Shown piece by piece: positions 27,088 to 37,574 of a DNA stretch of 62,080 nt. The position numbers and the translations under genes are program-made. The notes beneath the pieces were generated by a model, which was given only the letters and a program-made list of their open reading frames with translations, was not told where the DNA came from and made no database searches. Origin of the DNA: Planctomycetia bacterium (GTDB taxonomy: Bacteria > Planctomycetota > Planctomycetia > Pirellulales > UBA1268); the NCBI GenBank assembly GCA_046092145.1, contig JBJTDB010000168.1, positions 1 to 62,080 on the forward strand, written 5' to 3'. Each line of letters begins with the position of its first letter. Position 1 is the stretch's first letter.

Positions 27088-29458
27088 CGACTCGGGCGGT
27101 TCGGGGGCGGATGCGTGGCGACTCGACGATTTCGAGGAGGGCGCCGGCCTGGTCTCGGCTGTCCGCATCGATCGCCCGATTGTACATGGTGGAGAGCTGG
27201 AGCACGTCGTCACGCTCGAGCAAGAGGCCATACCGCCGCACGCTGGCCGCGAACCCGGCCCGTGCCGAGCCTCGCCAGGCCTCGGGGAGATCGCGCTGCC
27301 CCGCCTCGCGAAAGAGCGCCCGCTGGGCGGCCGGATCGCCCGCCGTCGCGAGGACCGCCACGGCGGCGTTGTGGAGGTCGGGATGAAGGATCGCCGCGCG
27401 GGCCACCTGGACCGCCGCTGAGACATCCCATCCGCGCTCGCCGAGCGAAGCCAGCGTGATCAGCGCCGTGCGTGCCCGGGCCACTCGGGCAGCCGCTTGT
27501 GCGGCACGCCGCGCCGGGTCGCCCGTGCGCGGCCCCGCGGCGATCGCGAGGGCATCGAGAAATCGTGGAGGCCTGGGTGCCGCGCCGTCTGCCACGGGAT
27601 CGGTGGCCGGCAGAAAAAAACTCTCCATCCGATCGACGATCGCCACGCATTCGACATCGGCGAACGACGTGATCAGTCGCGACAGGAACAGGCCTCGAGG
27701 ATTGTCGTCGAGGGGATCGACGACGACGAGCACGGGTGGCGTCTCGAGATCGCTCCCGAGTCGGAGCAGTTCCACGGTCTCCAGGGCCGACGGGCTCCCG
27801 AGTCGGGCCGCCAGGATCACAAGCACCGTGTCGGCTGAATCACGGGCGGCGAGGATCGCATCGCGACCCTTTCGCACACGGATCGTCTCGTACCCATGCC
27901 GCGACAGCCCGGTGGCCAGTTCCTCGACGATCGTGAGATCGGGGTGGGCCACGATGGCCCGATCGGTGCCCGTCGATGTGGCGGCATGGACGAGGTTTCG
28001 CACGACACGGCTGGACCCGCGGTAGGGTGGATCACCGGCGCGGGCGGCCAGCGTGACGGCGGCCTCGAAGGCGAGGGTGGCATCGGGAGCGGAGAGCCCG
28101 CGGACCAGGGCGTCGCGGGCAGCCGGCGTCAACGGAGCCGCCGGCGTCGTGCCGCGTTCCGGTCGGTTCGCCTGCGACAACCGCATGGCCCTCGCGGCCG
28201 CGGCCGCGGCCTGCTTCATCCCATGGGCGGCGGCGTCGTCGAGCACCTCGGCGACGATGGCCGGATCGAAGCCTTCCGGTCCGGAAAGCGCCTCGAGCAT
28301 GGCTTCATCGGGAGGCATTCCATCGACCGCCGCGGGATTCAACGCGGCCAGCGCCGACGCCATCTCGAGCCTGGACACCAGGATGAGCCTGATGTGTGCG
28401 GGATCGGTGGGTCCCATCGCCGCGAGATCACGGGCCAGGTGAATGGCCCTCTCGGCACGCGCCAGTCGCGTCGGCATCGAGATGCGCTGCGCCGCGGCAG
28501 CCTGTGGATTCCATATGACTCGGTCGATCGTCGTTGCATCGAGGCTGTCGGCCGGCGGGAGGCCGGCGGGAGAGAGGAGCTGGTCGAGCCGACGGGCGAT
28601 GAGAACCCGGGCCATGTCGGGCGTCGGCGCGATCCCGTGAGCCGCCAGCGCACGGCCGGCGGCGGCCCGAACCGCAGGCGGCGCATCGGCTGCGAGCGCC
28701 GGGCCGAGCAGATAGTCGGTCTCCTCGCCGCTCCATGGGGCGAGCGCCGCGATCACGCCCGGCCACCGGTCGATGTCGGCCGACCCAAGCCATGCCAGGA
28801 GCGCATCGCGGCCATCCACGCCCATGTCGCGCACGAGACCACGGGCGATGCCGCGGGCGACCTCGCCCGCATCGTCCTCGGTCTGCAGCAGGGCGACCAA
28901 CGCGGGCAGGGCATCGATGCCCATGCGGGCAAGCTGGCCTGCGGCATCGAGCCGCTCAGGGCGGGAATCGCTGCGGAGCCCGTCGATGGCCGCAGACATC
29001 CGCTTCGGGTCGCGGCGCCGCAGGCCCGCGGCGTCGGTGAGCGAGCCGAGCACTCTGGGGGCGTCGGGCTCGTAGCGGGCGATCTCCCGCTCCAGTCGGC
29101 GGATGCCGGCCGCATCGACGGCATCGCCGAGGTCGGCGAGCAGATCGGCCCGGTTCTCTCCGGCCTCCTCCACGGCAGCGACGAAACCCCGGTAGAAGTC
29201 GACGGCATCGGCCACGGCATCGACATCGATGGCGGCGATCGCGGCGTCGAGCCATGCCCGGGCCGTTTTCGGGGGCGGCTGCCGACGCGACTCGACGACG
29301 GCGCGGGCCATCGGATCGAGCGCAACGCGAGGTGGCTGTGGCGACTGCGGCGGATTCTGTCGCTCCGCCGCCCACGCCGGGGCATGGCAGGGCACGGCCG
29401 TGGCCGTCACAAGCGCGAAGACCAGGAGCGTGCCCCGAGATCGAGAAACCGTCGCCAT
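27056..29458 (-). CDS. ~800-aa signal-peptide protein with HEAT-like repeats and a receiver-shaped (pseudo-receiver) segment, function unknown
   Basis: N-terminus [32 protein letters not shown] (AxA site). Ala/Leu/Asp-rich helical repeats ([15 protein letters not shown]...). Segment [56 protein letters not shown]...PPVLVVVDP resembles a REC fold without the phospho-acceptor Asp. Its end overlaps the EBP start by 32 nt. Confidence 0.65.
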   Translation of the reverse strand: MATVSRSRGTLLVFALVTATAVPCHAPAWAAERQNPPQSPQPPRVALDPMARAVVESRRQPPPKTARAWLDAAIAAIDVDAVADAVDFYRGFVAAVEEAGENRADLLADLGDAVDAAGIRRLEREIARYEPDAPRVLGSLTDAAGLRRRDPKRMSAAIDGLRSDSRPERLDAAGQLARMGIDALPALVALLQTEDDAGEVARGIARGLVRDMGVDGRDALLAWLGSADIDRWPGVIAALAPWSGEETDYLLGPALAADAPPAVRAAAGRALAAHGIAPTPDMARVLIARRLDQLLSPAGLPPADSLDATTIDRVIWNPQAAAAQRISMPTRLARAERAIHLARDLAAMGPTDPAHIRLILVSRLEMASALAALNPAAVDGMPPDEAMLEALSGPEGFDPAIVAEVLDDAAAHGMKQAAAAAARAMRLSQANRPERGTTPAAPLTPAARDALVRGLSAPDATLAFEAAVTLAARAGDPPYRGSSRVVRNLVHAATSTGTDRAIVAHPDLTIVEELATGLSRHGYETIRVRKGRDAILAARDSADTVLVILAARLGSPSALETVELLRLGSDLETPPVLVVVDPLDDNPRGLFLSRLITSFADVECVAIVDRMESFFLPATDPVADGAAPRPPRFLDALAIAAGPRTGDPARRAAQAAARVARARTALITLASLGERGWDVSAAVQVARAAILHPDLHNAAVAVLATAGDPAAQRALFREAGQRDLPEAWRGSARAGFAASVRRYGLLLERDDVLQLSTMYNRAIDADSRDQAGALLEIVESPRIRPRTARVDAPYSRLIRR

Positions 29459-29593
29459 GCACCGACAACGTCGGCACGCCATGCCGTCACGATCGATCCG
29501 AAGCCGTCTCTCCGCGCAACTACCCGCGATCCACAGGGAGCGGCGGTCGCGCGGCCATCCCAACCGTCAGACCTTCACCATCCCTCGCGGCCG

Positions 29594-30691
29594 TCACTCA
29601 CGGCCAGCCCGACCCCCGCCCATGCGGCCGGCCTGCGGCCTCGTGACCGCTTCGCCCACGGCGGCGGCAATGTCGGGGAGGGGAACGATTCGATCGACGA
29701 CGCCAAGCTCGACCGCCGCCCGGGGCATGCCATAGACGACGCAGGTCGATTCATGCTCGGCGATCGTCGTGCCGCCAGCCGCACGAATCGCCTGCATCCC
29801 AACCGCTCCGTCGCTGCCCATGCCGGTGAGCAGCACGCCCACGGCATGTCGCCCGGCCGCTTCTGCCGCCGACCGGAAGAGCACGTCAACGGCCGGGCGA
29901 CAGTGGTGGATGGGAGGTGTTCGCAAAAGCCGGGTGACATGCACTCCGGCACGGAACTCGACTGCCAGGTGAAAATCACCCGGCGCGATCACGCAACTGC
30001 CCGGCCGGAGTGGCTCGTTATCGCCCGCCTCACGGACATCGATGCCGCTGATTGCGTCGAGCCGATCGGCGACCGCCTTGGAGAAGAAGGCCGAAATGTG
30101 CTGCACGACGGCGATCGGCGGCAGTCCCGATGGAAGCCGCGGAATGATCTGGCGGAGCGCCTCCACGCCGCCGGTCGATGCGCCGATGACGATGAGCTGG
30201 CGGGCGTCGGGCGACACAGCGGGTCGCTCCACCAGCGGGCCGGGCGTCGAGGGGCGGGCCGCGCCACGCCGAAGCCGCGGGGCCGCGGCCGCCGCCGCCT
30301 TGACGTGGAAGGCAAGCTTGTCGGCAAGCGCCCCAATCGACATCGTGCCATCGGGCTTCGCGAGCACATCCACGGCACCGGCCTCGACCGCGTCCAGCGC
30401 GGCCTGCGATCCCTGCTGGGCCAGCGAGCTCACCACGACCACCGGCAACGGGTGGTGCTCCATGAGGATCCGGAGGAAAGTCAGGCCGTCCATCCTCGGC
30501 ATCTCGAGATCGAGCGTGAGGACGTCGGGATCCAATTGCTCGATCTTTTCCCGGGCCACGTAGGGATCGCAGGCCGTCGCCACCACCTCCAGCGCCGGAT
30601 CACGGGCGAGTGCCTCGCTGATCGCACGCCGGACGAGCGCCGAATCATCGACGACGAGGACGCGGATTTTCCGGTCCTGAGTACCGTTCAT
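29594..30691 (-). CDS. cheB: chemotaxis response regulator protein-glutamate methylesterase CheB
   Basis: REC domain IRVLVVDDSALVRR...DPDVLTLDLEMPRMDGLTFL. Esterase domain LIVIGASTGG...HMP..FT..FA.RL, GMGSDG, ES.VVYGMP. Confidence 0.95.
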   Translation of the reverse strand: MNGTQDRKIRVLVVDDSALVRRAISEALARDPALEVVATACDPYVAREKIEQLDPDVLTLDLEMPRMDGLTFLRILMEHHPLPVVVVSSLAQQGSQAALDAVEAGAVDVLAKPDGTMSIGALADKLAFHVKAAAAAAPRLRRGAARPSTPGPLVERPAVSPDARQLIVIGASTGGVEALRQIIPRLPSGLPPIAVVQHISAFFSKAVADRLDAISGIDVREAGDNEPLRPGSCVIAPGDFHLAVEFRAGVHVTRLLRTPPIHHCRPAVDVLFRSAAEAAGRHAVGVLLTGMGSDGAVGMQAIRAAGGTTIAEHESTCVVYGMPRAAVELGVVDRIVPLPDIAAAVGEAVTRPQAGRMGGGRAGRE

Positions 30692-30713
30692 GGTCGTGTG
30701 TCGCTCCGCGTGT

Positions 30714-31556
30714 TCACAGTGGCCTCTCGTAGAGCGAGGGTCCGGCCTGCCGGAACCGGTGCCGCAGCCCGAGCAGGCTCTCGGCATGGCCGATGAAGAG
30801 GAATCCACCCGGAGCGAGCTGATCGAAGAGCCGCTCGACGAGCGCCTGCCGCGATTCGGCGTCGAAATAGATCATCACGTTGCGGCAGAAGATCACGTCC
30901 TGTCCGTGCTGCAGCGGGTAGGACTCCTGAAAGAGATTGATGGCCGCGACCTGGACATGCCGTCGGAGTTCCGGCTTCACCCGATAGAAGCCCTCTCGCT
31001 CACCGAACCCTCGGAGGAAATGACGACCGAGGAACCGTGGATCGGGAAGTTCGACCGCGCGGGCTTCGTAGATCCCCATCCTGCATCGCTGGAGCATTCG
31101 CCGGGAAATGTCGGAGGCCAGCACCGTCCAGCCTCGAGGGAGAGGGGTCGCCTGCTGCTCGGCCAGCACGATGGCGATCGAATAGGCCTCCTCGCCCGAT
31201 GCCGCGGCCGCGCTCCAGATCCGCAGGCCACGGCCGGCCGCGGCTGCGCGGGGGGCCATGGCCGGGAGCACATGGCGTGCGAGAAGATCGAAGTGTGCCG
31301 GTTCCCTGAAGAAACGGGTGTGATTGGTGGAGATGAGGTCGATCAATGCCTCGGCTTCCTCGTCTCCATTCCGTGCCCCGAGGAGGCGGCAGTAGTCGTC
31401 GTAGGTCGCACACCCGAGTTCGCGAAGGCGATTGGCCAGTCGGCTCGCGACGAAGGCCTGCCGATCTGGTCCGAGCCGGATGCGGCTCCGCCGATAGACC
31501 ACGTCGGCGAGAAACGCATAGGCCTGCGGCGAGAGTGCGGCGTCGGGAGAGATCAT
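30714..31556 (-). CDS. cheR: chemotaxis protein methyltransferase CheR
   Basis: LISTNHTRFFREPAHFD, LRIWSAAAASGEEAYSIA (SAM-binding), DVIFCRNVMIYFD, PGGFLFIGHAE. The start overlaps the mcp stop (ATGA). Confidence 0.95.
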   Translation of the reverse strand: MISPDAALSPQAYAFLADVVYRRSRIRLGPDRQAFVASRLANRLRELGCATYDDYCRLLGARNGDEEAEALIDLISTNHTRFFREPAHFDLLARHVLPAMAPRAAAAGRGLRIWSAAAASGEEAYSIAIVLAEQQATPLPRGWTVLASDISRRMLQRCRMGIYEARAVELPDPRFLGRHFLRGFGEREGFYRVKPELRRHVQVAAINLFQESYPLQHGQDVIFCRNVMIYFDAESRQALVERLFDQLAPGGFLFIGHAESLLGLRHRFRQAGPSLYERPL

Positions 31557-33169
31557 GCCGGCCGGTGTTCCCCCTCGAAACTGGTGAAGTGGCGGTCCTC
31601 AGCGTCGGCCGCCACCGTGTCGCCATCACCCGGCATCGGAATTCTGGGGGCAAGCGTCCGGAGCCGGGGCAGCGGGGCCACCGCAGGACGTGGCACTGGG
31701 AGCCTGGCGGGCGTGATCGGTTTCCGCGATCGGATGACGAGCCCTCGCAGGCTCTCGACCTGCTCCTGCATCAGTCCGGCCTGGTCGGAGAGGTCGGCCG
31801 CGGCCCGGGCACCCTCGTCGGCGCGGGCGGCATTGTCCTGGGCGATCTGGTCGAGCTGGGACATCGCCGTCGTGATCTGACGGATTCCCTGGAACTGCTC
31901 CCGGGCGGCGGTGGCGATCTCGGCGACGAGCCCGTCGGCCGCCCTGATGCGTTCGGCGATCTCGTCGAGCGAATGTCCGACACGACCGCAGCTGGTGGCC
32001 CCCTCACGGCTGCTCGTGATGGCCGCCTCGATCCGTTCCGCGGTTTCGCGGGCCGCCGCGGCGCTTCGCTGCGCCAGGAGCCGCACCTCGTCGGCGACGA
32101 CGGCGAACCCGGCCCCCGCTTCGCCCGCACGGGCCGCTTCGACCGCGGCATTGAGAGCGAGGATGTTGGTCTGGAAGGCGATCTCGTCGATCTGCTTGAC
32201 GATCTTCGCGACGTCGCCGCTGGCGGTGGCGATCGCCTGCATCGCGCCATCCATCTCCACCATCGTCCTCGCACCGGCCTCCGCGGCCACGCGGGCCTGC
32301 GTGGCACACTCCTTGGCCTTGGTGGCATTCTCGGCCGTGGCACGGGTCATCGCCGACATCTGCTCGAGGGCCGCGCCGGTTTCCGCGACCGAGGCCCCCT
32401 GCTCGCTGCAGCCGGTGGCGACCGTCTGGCTGACGGAGGCGAGCTGGCTTGACGACGACGACGTCCGCGCGGCGCCGGTCTCGAGCGACGAGGAGATCTT
32501 GATCAAGGTCCGTGAGAGCGACCGTATGATGCCGGTGGCCAACAGCAGTCCGACGAGCACCGTGCCCGCGAGCGTCGCGACGTTGAAGCGGAAGCCCATC
32601 CGGAGCTTCGACTCGGCCCGACCAAGTTCCTGCTCGGAAAGGGCGATGTTGTGGTCGATCACGGCCCTGAATCGCTCGAGACATTCCCGGGCGACAGGCT
32701 CGACGTCGCCCAGCACCGCCCGGCGGGCATCGTCGGCCCGCCCGTCGGCGGCCAGTGCGACCGCCTGCTGCAGCTTCGCGAGGAAGGCTTTCCGGGCGGC
32801 GCGCGCGGCGATGAAGAGCCGCTCGTCCTCGGCATCGCTGAAGAGATCGACATAGCTTCCACACAGCCTGTCGCCACGGTCGATCGCTTTCCGTAGGTCC
32901 ACCGCGGCGGCCGCCATCCGCGCCGGGTCGTCGGTATCCAGGATGGCCGTGCGGGCCGACTGCAGCCCCAGAAGATTGGCCTCGATGATGCGGCTGAGTG
33001 TGGCCACCGACGGCACGATGGTGTCGGAGAGCAACGTGACGTGATGCTTGATCTGCGACAGCCTCCACAACGAGGCCAGTCCGATCGAGAACGCAGCCAG
33101 CACCAGCACCGCAAACCCGACGCCGACGCGATGGGGGATGGTCGAGGTCTTGAACCAGGTCGTGACCAT
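31553..33169 (-). CDS. methyl-accepting chemotaxis protein (four-helix-bundle-type sensor, no obvious HAMP)
   Basis: Two TM segments flank a helical periplasmic region. Highly conserved signalling hairpin [41 protein letters not shown]. Confidence 0.95.
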   Translation of the reverse strand: MVTTWFKTSTIPHRVGVGFAVLVLAAFSIGLASLWRLSQIKHHVTLLSDTIVPSVATLSRIIEANLLGLQSARTAILDTDDPARMAAAAVDLRKAIDRGDRLCGSYVDLFSDAEDERLFIAARAARKAFLAKLQQAVALAADGRADDARRAVLGDVEPVARECLERFRAVIDHNIALSEQELGRAESKLRMGFRFNVATLAGTVLVGLLLATGIIRSLSRTLIKISSSLETGAARTSSSSSQLASVSQTVATGCSEQGASVAETGAALEQMSAMTRATAENATKAKECATQARVAAEAGARTMVEMDGAMQAIATASGDVAKIVKQIDEIAFQTNILALNAAVEAARAGEAGAGFAVVADEVRLLAQRSAAAARETAERIEAAITSSREGATSCGRVGHSLDEIAERIRAADGLVAEIATAAREQFQGIRQITTAMSQLDQIAQDNAARADEGARAAADLSDQAGLMQEQVESLRGLVIRSRKPITPARLPVPRPAVAPLPRLRTLAPRIPMPGDGDTVAADAEDRHFTSFEGEHRPA

Positions 33170-33179
33170 GGGGGGCCTT

Positions 33180-33707
33180 TCAGGACAGGGAGGATTCGGC
33201 GACCGCGTTGCCCGACGTCATCGAATGAATGTCTGCGGCCGCGATGGCATCGATGTCGATCAGCGTCGTCACGCCACGGGTGGTTCTGGCCATCCCGGCG
33301 ATGAAGCGGGCATCGATCGCACCGCCGAAATCGGGGGTCGGCACGAGGTCGTCGGAGGCGTAGGAGACCACCTCCTCGACGCTGTCGACGACAACCGCGT
33401 AGGGCCGCACGCCGCCGCTCGCCGCCGGAACCTCGGTGACGATGAAGCAGGTGCGTTCGTGGTCGGGCGGGGCCGGCAGCCCAAACCGAGCACGCAGATC
33501 GACCAGTGGAATCACCCGCCCGCGCAGGTTGATCACGCCCCTGACATGCGGTGGCATCGTCGCCACCGGCGTGACCGGGCAGAGCCTGATGATCTCCCGC
33601 ACCACCAGCACGCTCATGCTGTAGGTTTCACCCGCGAGGGAGAAGGTGAGGTATTTGCCCGGCCGGGCCATGGCCACGTCGGGGGGCAGTGTCATGGGAA
33701 GCGTCAT
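33180..33707 (-). CDS. cheW: chemotaxis coupling protein CheW
   Basis: YLTFSLAGETYSMSVLVVREIIRL...VRGVINLRGRVIPLVDLR. Start is 13 nt after the cheA stop. Confidence 0.9.
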   Translation of the reverse strand: MTLPMTLPPDVAMARPGKYLTFSLAGETYSMSVLVVREIIRLCPVTPVATMPPHVRGVINLRGRVIPLVDLRARFGLPAPPDHERTCFIVTEVPAASGGVRPYAVVVDSVEEVVSYASDDLVPTPDFGGAIDARFIAGMARTTRGVTTLIDIDAIAAADIHSMTSGNAVAESSLS

Positions 33708-33720
33708 CGTGTGCGGGCGG

Positions 33721-35832
33721 TCATGCCGCCGTCTCCAAAGGCGATGTCGTGAGCCGCACCAGGGCCGTTGTGTCGAGGATCAAGCCGACGCGGCCGTCAC
33801 CGAGGATCGCAGCGCCGGCGAAGCTGCGGGCTCCTCGGAAGGTCTCGCCGAGGGCCTTGATCACGACCTCCTGCCTGCCGACGAGGGAATCGACCAGAAG
33901 GCAGCGGCGGTCGTGGCCCGATTCGACGACGACCACGATGCCCCTGGAGGGATCGTCGATCGCGGTGTCGATGCCGAGGTGGCGACCGAGCCGCAAGAGC
34001 GGCAGCAACTGTCCTCGAACATCGACCAGTTCGCCGCGTCCGTGCACCGTCGTCACGCCGCCCGCGGTCGGCCGAAACGATTCCCGGACCGATACCGCGG
34101 GAATGACGAACTGCTGCTCGCCGACGGCCACGAGCAGCCCCTCGATGATCGCCAGCGTCAGCGGCATGAAGATCGTGAAGGTGGTGCCCTTCCCCGGATG
34201 CGATTCGATCTCGACGGTGCCGCGAAGCCGTTCGATGTTGCGGCGCACGACGTCCATTCCGACGCCGCGACCCGACAGGTCCGAGACCCGCTCCGCGGTG
34301 GAGAACCCCGGCGCGAAGATCAGTTCCAAGGCCGCCCGATCGTCGATCACGGAATCGGCTGCGATGAGCCCGCGTTCGAACCCCTTGGCCCGCAGCCTCG
34401 CCGGATCGAGTCCCCGACCGTCGTCGGCGATCTGGATCACCACGAAGCCGCCCTGATGACGGGCCCGAAGCGTGATCGTGCCGGCCGCCTGCTTTCCGGC
34501 GGTTGACCGATCGGCCGGAGACTCGATGCCATGGTCGGCCGCGTTGCGAACCATGTGCATGAGCGGGTCGCCGATCTCTTCGATCACGGTGCGATCGAGT
34601 TCGGTCTCCTCCCCCTCGACGACGAGGCGGATCTCCTTGCCGAGTTGTGCGGACAGATCGCGGACAAGCCGGCCCATCTTCTGGAACGTTCCCTGGATCG
34701 GAATCATCCGCATGGCCATGGCCGTCCGCTGGAGGTCGGCCGTGATGCCCCGCAGCCGACCGAGCGACCGCGCAAGCGGCTCATCGACTCCGTGAGTCTC
34801 GGCACCGATGGCGACCATCGACTGCGCGATGACCAGTTCGCCGACCAGATCGACGAGCCCGTCGAGTTTCTGGGTATCGACGCGGATGGAGCCCGCAGTC
34901 GATGCGGCCCGAACCGGCTGCGGCGCGGCGGGAGCCTCGGCCGCCACCGGCTCGACGGGAACGGGCGCCGACTGATCGGCCGCCGCAGCCGCGAGGGGCG
35001 TCTCGGCGATCGCAGGAGGTGTGGGAGTCGGCGGCGGAGGACTCGGAGCCGACTCGCCCGCGAGGACGGCCCGCACACGGCCCACCACCGCGGGAATGGG
35101 AAGGTCGATCGATCGGCCCGCGTTCTGGCCGTCGAGCTGCCGAGTCAGTTCCGACACATACCCCGCAAAAACGTCCGCTCCGGCGAGCACCACGTCGATG
35201 GCGTTGCGATCAAGACGCCGCGTCCCCCGGCGGGCGGCATCGAGCAACGACTCCAGTTCGTGAGCCAGCCGCTGCAGCACGACGAGCTTCATGACGGCGG
35301 CGTTGCCCTTGAACGTGTGGAAGGCCCGAAAGACGGTGGCGAGCGTGTCGGGATCGTCGGGCGTGGTTTCCAGACGCAGCACGCCCTGCTCGATCTCCCG
35401 AAGGAGATCCTCCGATTCGGAGCAGAAGAGCCGCATCAGTTCAGCATCGGCCCCCTCGGGCAGCACCGTCACCGGCTGCGATGCGTCGAGAGCCTCGGGG
35501 GTCGCGGGTGCGGTCACGGGGCCGAGTGCCGTCGGCCAGATCGGCAGCGGGAGGCCGCGCTCCCAGGAGGTGACCGCCTCCTCCATCCACGGATGCCAGA
35601 GATTGAATCGCTCCGCCACGTCGGGCGCGATCGACCCGGCATCGGCGAGCCAGCCCGAGGCGGCGGCGACCGCCGAGCGGATTTCCGATGGCGCCGAGCC
35701 GCTCACGCCGCGGGCCAAGGAGGCGAGCATCTCGCGCAGCGGTGCTGGGCCCGCCGTTGAGACAAAGGCGAGTTCGAGGCCGATCTTCTGGAGCAGGCCG
35801 CGGGAAGCGTCGATCGTGGCGTCGGGAGGCAT
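33721..35832 (-). CDS. cheA: chemotaxis histidine kinase CheA (Hpt, dimerisation, HATPase and CheW-like domains; no C-terminal receiver)
   Basis: Hpt FRAFHTFKGNAAVM, dimerisation IRVDTQKLDGLVDLVGELVI, N box DPLMHMVRNAADHGIE, G boxes DDGRGLD and GRGVGMDVV, C-terminal CheW-like LLVAVGEQQFVIP...VDVRGQLLPLLRL. ATG 35832 preferred over TTG 35883. Confidence 0.95.
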   Translation of the reverse strand: MPPDATIDASRGLLQKIGLELAFVSTAGPAPLREMLASLARGVSGSAPSEIRSAVAAASGWLADAGSIAPDVAERFNLWHPWMEEAVTSWERGLPLPIWPTALGPVTAPATPEALDASQPVTVLPEGADAELMRLFCSESEDLLREIEQGVLRLETTPDDPDTLATVFRAFHTFKGNAAVMKLVVLQRLAHELESLLDAARRGTRRLDRNAIDVVLAGADVFAGYVSELTRQLDGQNAGRSIDLPIPAVVGRVRAVLAGESAPSPPPPTPTPPAIAETPLAAAAADQSAPVPVEPVAAEAPAAPQPVRAASTAGSIRVDTQKLDGLVDLVGELVIAQSMVAIGAETHGVDEPLARSLGRLRGITADLQRTAMAMRMIPIQGTFQKMGRLVRDLSAQLGKEIRLVVEGEETELDRTVIEEIGDPLMHMVRNAADHGIESPADRSTAGKQAAGTITLRARHQGGFVVIQIADDGRGLDPARLRAKGFERGLIAADSVIDDRAALELIFAPGFSTAERVSDLSGRGVGMDVVRRNIERLRGTVEIESHPGKGTTFTIFMPLTLAIIEGLLVAVGEQQFVIPAVSVRESFRPTAGGVTTVHGRGELVDVRGQLLPLLRLGRHLGIDTAIDDPSRGIVVVVESGHDRRCLLVDSLVGRQEVVIKALGETFRGARSFAGAAILGDGRVGLILDTTALVRLTTSPLETAA

Positions 35833-36043
35833 CGAACCCCGGCTCGCAGGTCGGTCGGGCCCTCCGCGGACCCTCCTGGTCAATCGTAGCTCGTAATTCC
35901 GCCGACTGGTGGATCTGCGGAAACGGGCGGGGAAAGTCCTGTCGTGCCGGTTGTGCCGGCGTCGGCGTCACGGCCCGAAAACGCGACCTAGACTTCCACG
36001 ACGGGCCCGAATCCGGAGGCCCGATGCCATTCGGGATGCAGCC

Positions 36044-37507
36044 ATGAACGCCATGCAGCGGCTGAAGCTGACGACGATCGCCCCCGTGGCGGGCCTGCTC
36101 GCGCTTTCCCTCGCCGCCTTCGTCAGTCAGCGGTCGCTCAGCCAGGCCCAGACCAACCGGTTCGAATCCTATCGCCTCGCCAACGAGTTGCGGCAGAGTT
36201 CCGACGAACTCACGCGACTGGCCCGCACGTACTGCGTCACGGACGATCCCGAGTTCGAGCGGGAGTTCTGGCATGTGCTCGACGTCCGCAACGGCACGCA
36301 GCCACGCCCCGACGGCCGCACCGTGCCGCTGCGAACGCTCATGGAGCAACAGGGCTTCACAGAGGCCGAGTTCGCGATGCTCGAGCAGGCGGAAGACAAC
36401 TCCAACGCCCTCGTGGCAACCGAGACCATCGCGATGAACGCGATGAAGGGGCTTTTCGCCGACGGACAGGGTGGCTTCACGAAGCGAGGCGAGCCCGACC
36501 GTGAGCGTGCCCGACGGATCATGCATGATTCGCAATACCATGCCGACAAGGCGAGGATCATGGAGCCGATCGGACGGTTCGAGCAGATGATCGACCGTCG
36601 GACCGACGAGGCGGCCCGAACCGCCCGCTGGCGCAGCGACGCGATGATGCTGGTCATGATCGTCGTCGCGGCCGTGGCCGCCGTCATGACGTGGCTGAGC
36701 ATCGGCCGCCATGCACGCACGCTCCGCGGCGCCATCGATCAGCTCGCCTCGACCGCGGAGAACGTCGGCAGTGGGGCGACCGAGACGGCCGCGGCAAGCC
36801 AGTCGCTGGCTCAGGGCGTGACGGAGCAGGTGGCGGCCGTCGAGGACATCTCGCAATCGGCCCGCGAGACCGCCAGCATGGCCTCCGACAACGCCCGACG
36901 CACGCAGTCGGCCAGCGACCTCGTGGCCCGCGAGGAGCGGCAGTTCGCCGAAGCCTCAGGCCGATTGGGAGAAATGGTCACGGCGATGGAGGCGATCAGG
37001 ACGACCGGCGCCCGAATCTCGAAGATCAACAAGGTGATCGACGAGATCGCCTTCCAGACCAACATCCTCGCCCTCAATGCGGCGGTCGAAGCGGCCCGCG
37101 CCGGCGAGGCCGGGCTCGGATTCGCCGTGGTGGCCGAAGAGGTTCGGATGCTCGCCCGTCGATCGGCCGAGGCGGCCCGCGAGACGGCCTCCCTCATCGA
37201 GGAGTCGATCGCCCGTTCCGATGCCGGCAGCGAGAAGGTGGCCGACGTGGCATCCTCCATCACATCGCTCGCGGAGCAGGCGTCGGCGGTGAGGGTGCTC
37301 GTCGACGAGGTGAACGCAGGGAGCCGCGAGCAGCAGCTGGCCGTCTCCCGCATCGGCGACGCGCTCAAGCAGATCGAGGACGTGAGCCAGCAGGCGGCAG
37401 CAGGGGCCGAACAGGGTTCCGCCGCGGCCGAGGAACTCAACGCTCAGGCCGCATCGCTGCTCGACGTCGTCGCGATCCTCGGCCACATGGTCGGGCGCGA
37501 TCGTTAG
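36044..37507 (+). CDS. methyl-accepting chemotaxis protein (second copy, divergent from cheA)
   Basis: N-terminal [21 protein letters not shown], helical sensor region, second TM, then [46 protein letters not shown] 36044. Confidence 0.9.
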   Translation: MNAMQRLKLTTIAPVAGLLALSLAAFVSQRSLSQAQTNRFESYRLANELRQSSDELTRLARTYCVTDDPEFEREFWHVLDVRNGTQPRPDGRTVPLRTLMEQQGFTEAEFAMLEQAEDNSNALVATETIAMNAMKGLFADGQGGFTKRGEPDRERARRIMHDSQYHADKARIMEPIGRFEQMIDRRTDEAARTARWRSDAMMLVMIVVAAVAAVMTWLSIGRHARTLRGAIDQLASTAENVGSGATETAAASQSLAQGVTEQVAAVEDISQSARETASMASDNARRTQSASDLVAREERQFAEASGRLGEMVTAMEAIRTTGARISKINKVIDEIAFQTNILALNAAVEAARAGEAGLGFAVVAEEVRMLARRSAEAARETASLIEESIARSDAGSEKVADVASSITSLAEQASAVRVLVDEVNAGSREQQLAVSRIGDALKQIEDVSQQAAAGAEQGSAAAEELNAQAASLLDVVAILGHMVGRDR

Positions 37508-37536
37508 CGGACTGTGGAGCACGTCTCGTTCGGCCA

Positions 37537-37569
37537 CGTGGAAAAAGGTCATGGATGACTTTTTCCACG
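37537..37569. terminator. AT-rich hairpin between convergent mcp and argH (bidirectional terminator candidate)
   Basis: CGTGGAAAAAG (37537-37547) pairs with CTTTTTCCACG (37559-37569), with an 11-nt loop. A/T runs are built into both arms. It sits in the 67-bp convergent gap. Confidence 0.6.
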
Positions 37570-37574
37570 AACAG

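Noticed and set aside
26020-27426. The long (468-aa) version of the sigma-54 activator, which would give it a 113-aa N-terminal domain.
   Set aside because: The extra N-terminal sequence ([30 protein letters not shown]...) is Arg/Ser/Pro-rich. It lies entirely within the strongly coding 3' end of the upstream 800-aa gene in another frame. ATG 27087 gives a normal start about 25 aa before the AAA+ domain.
27896-30796. 966-aa plus-strand ORF.
   Set aside because: It is antisense to cheB and the HEAT/pseudo-receiver gene. The product is a low-complexity Arg/Gly/His/Asp-rich sequence. cheB on the other strand is unambiguous.
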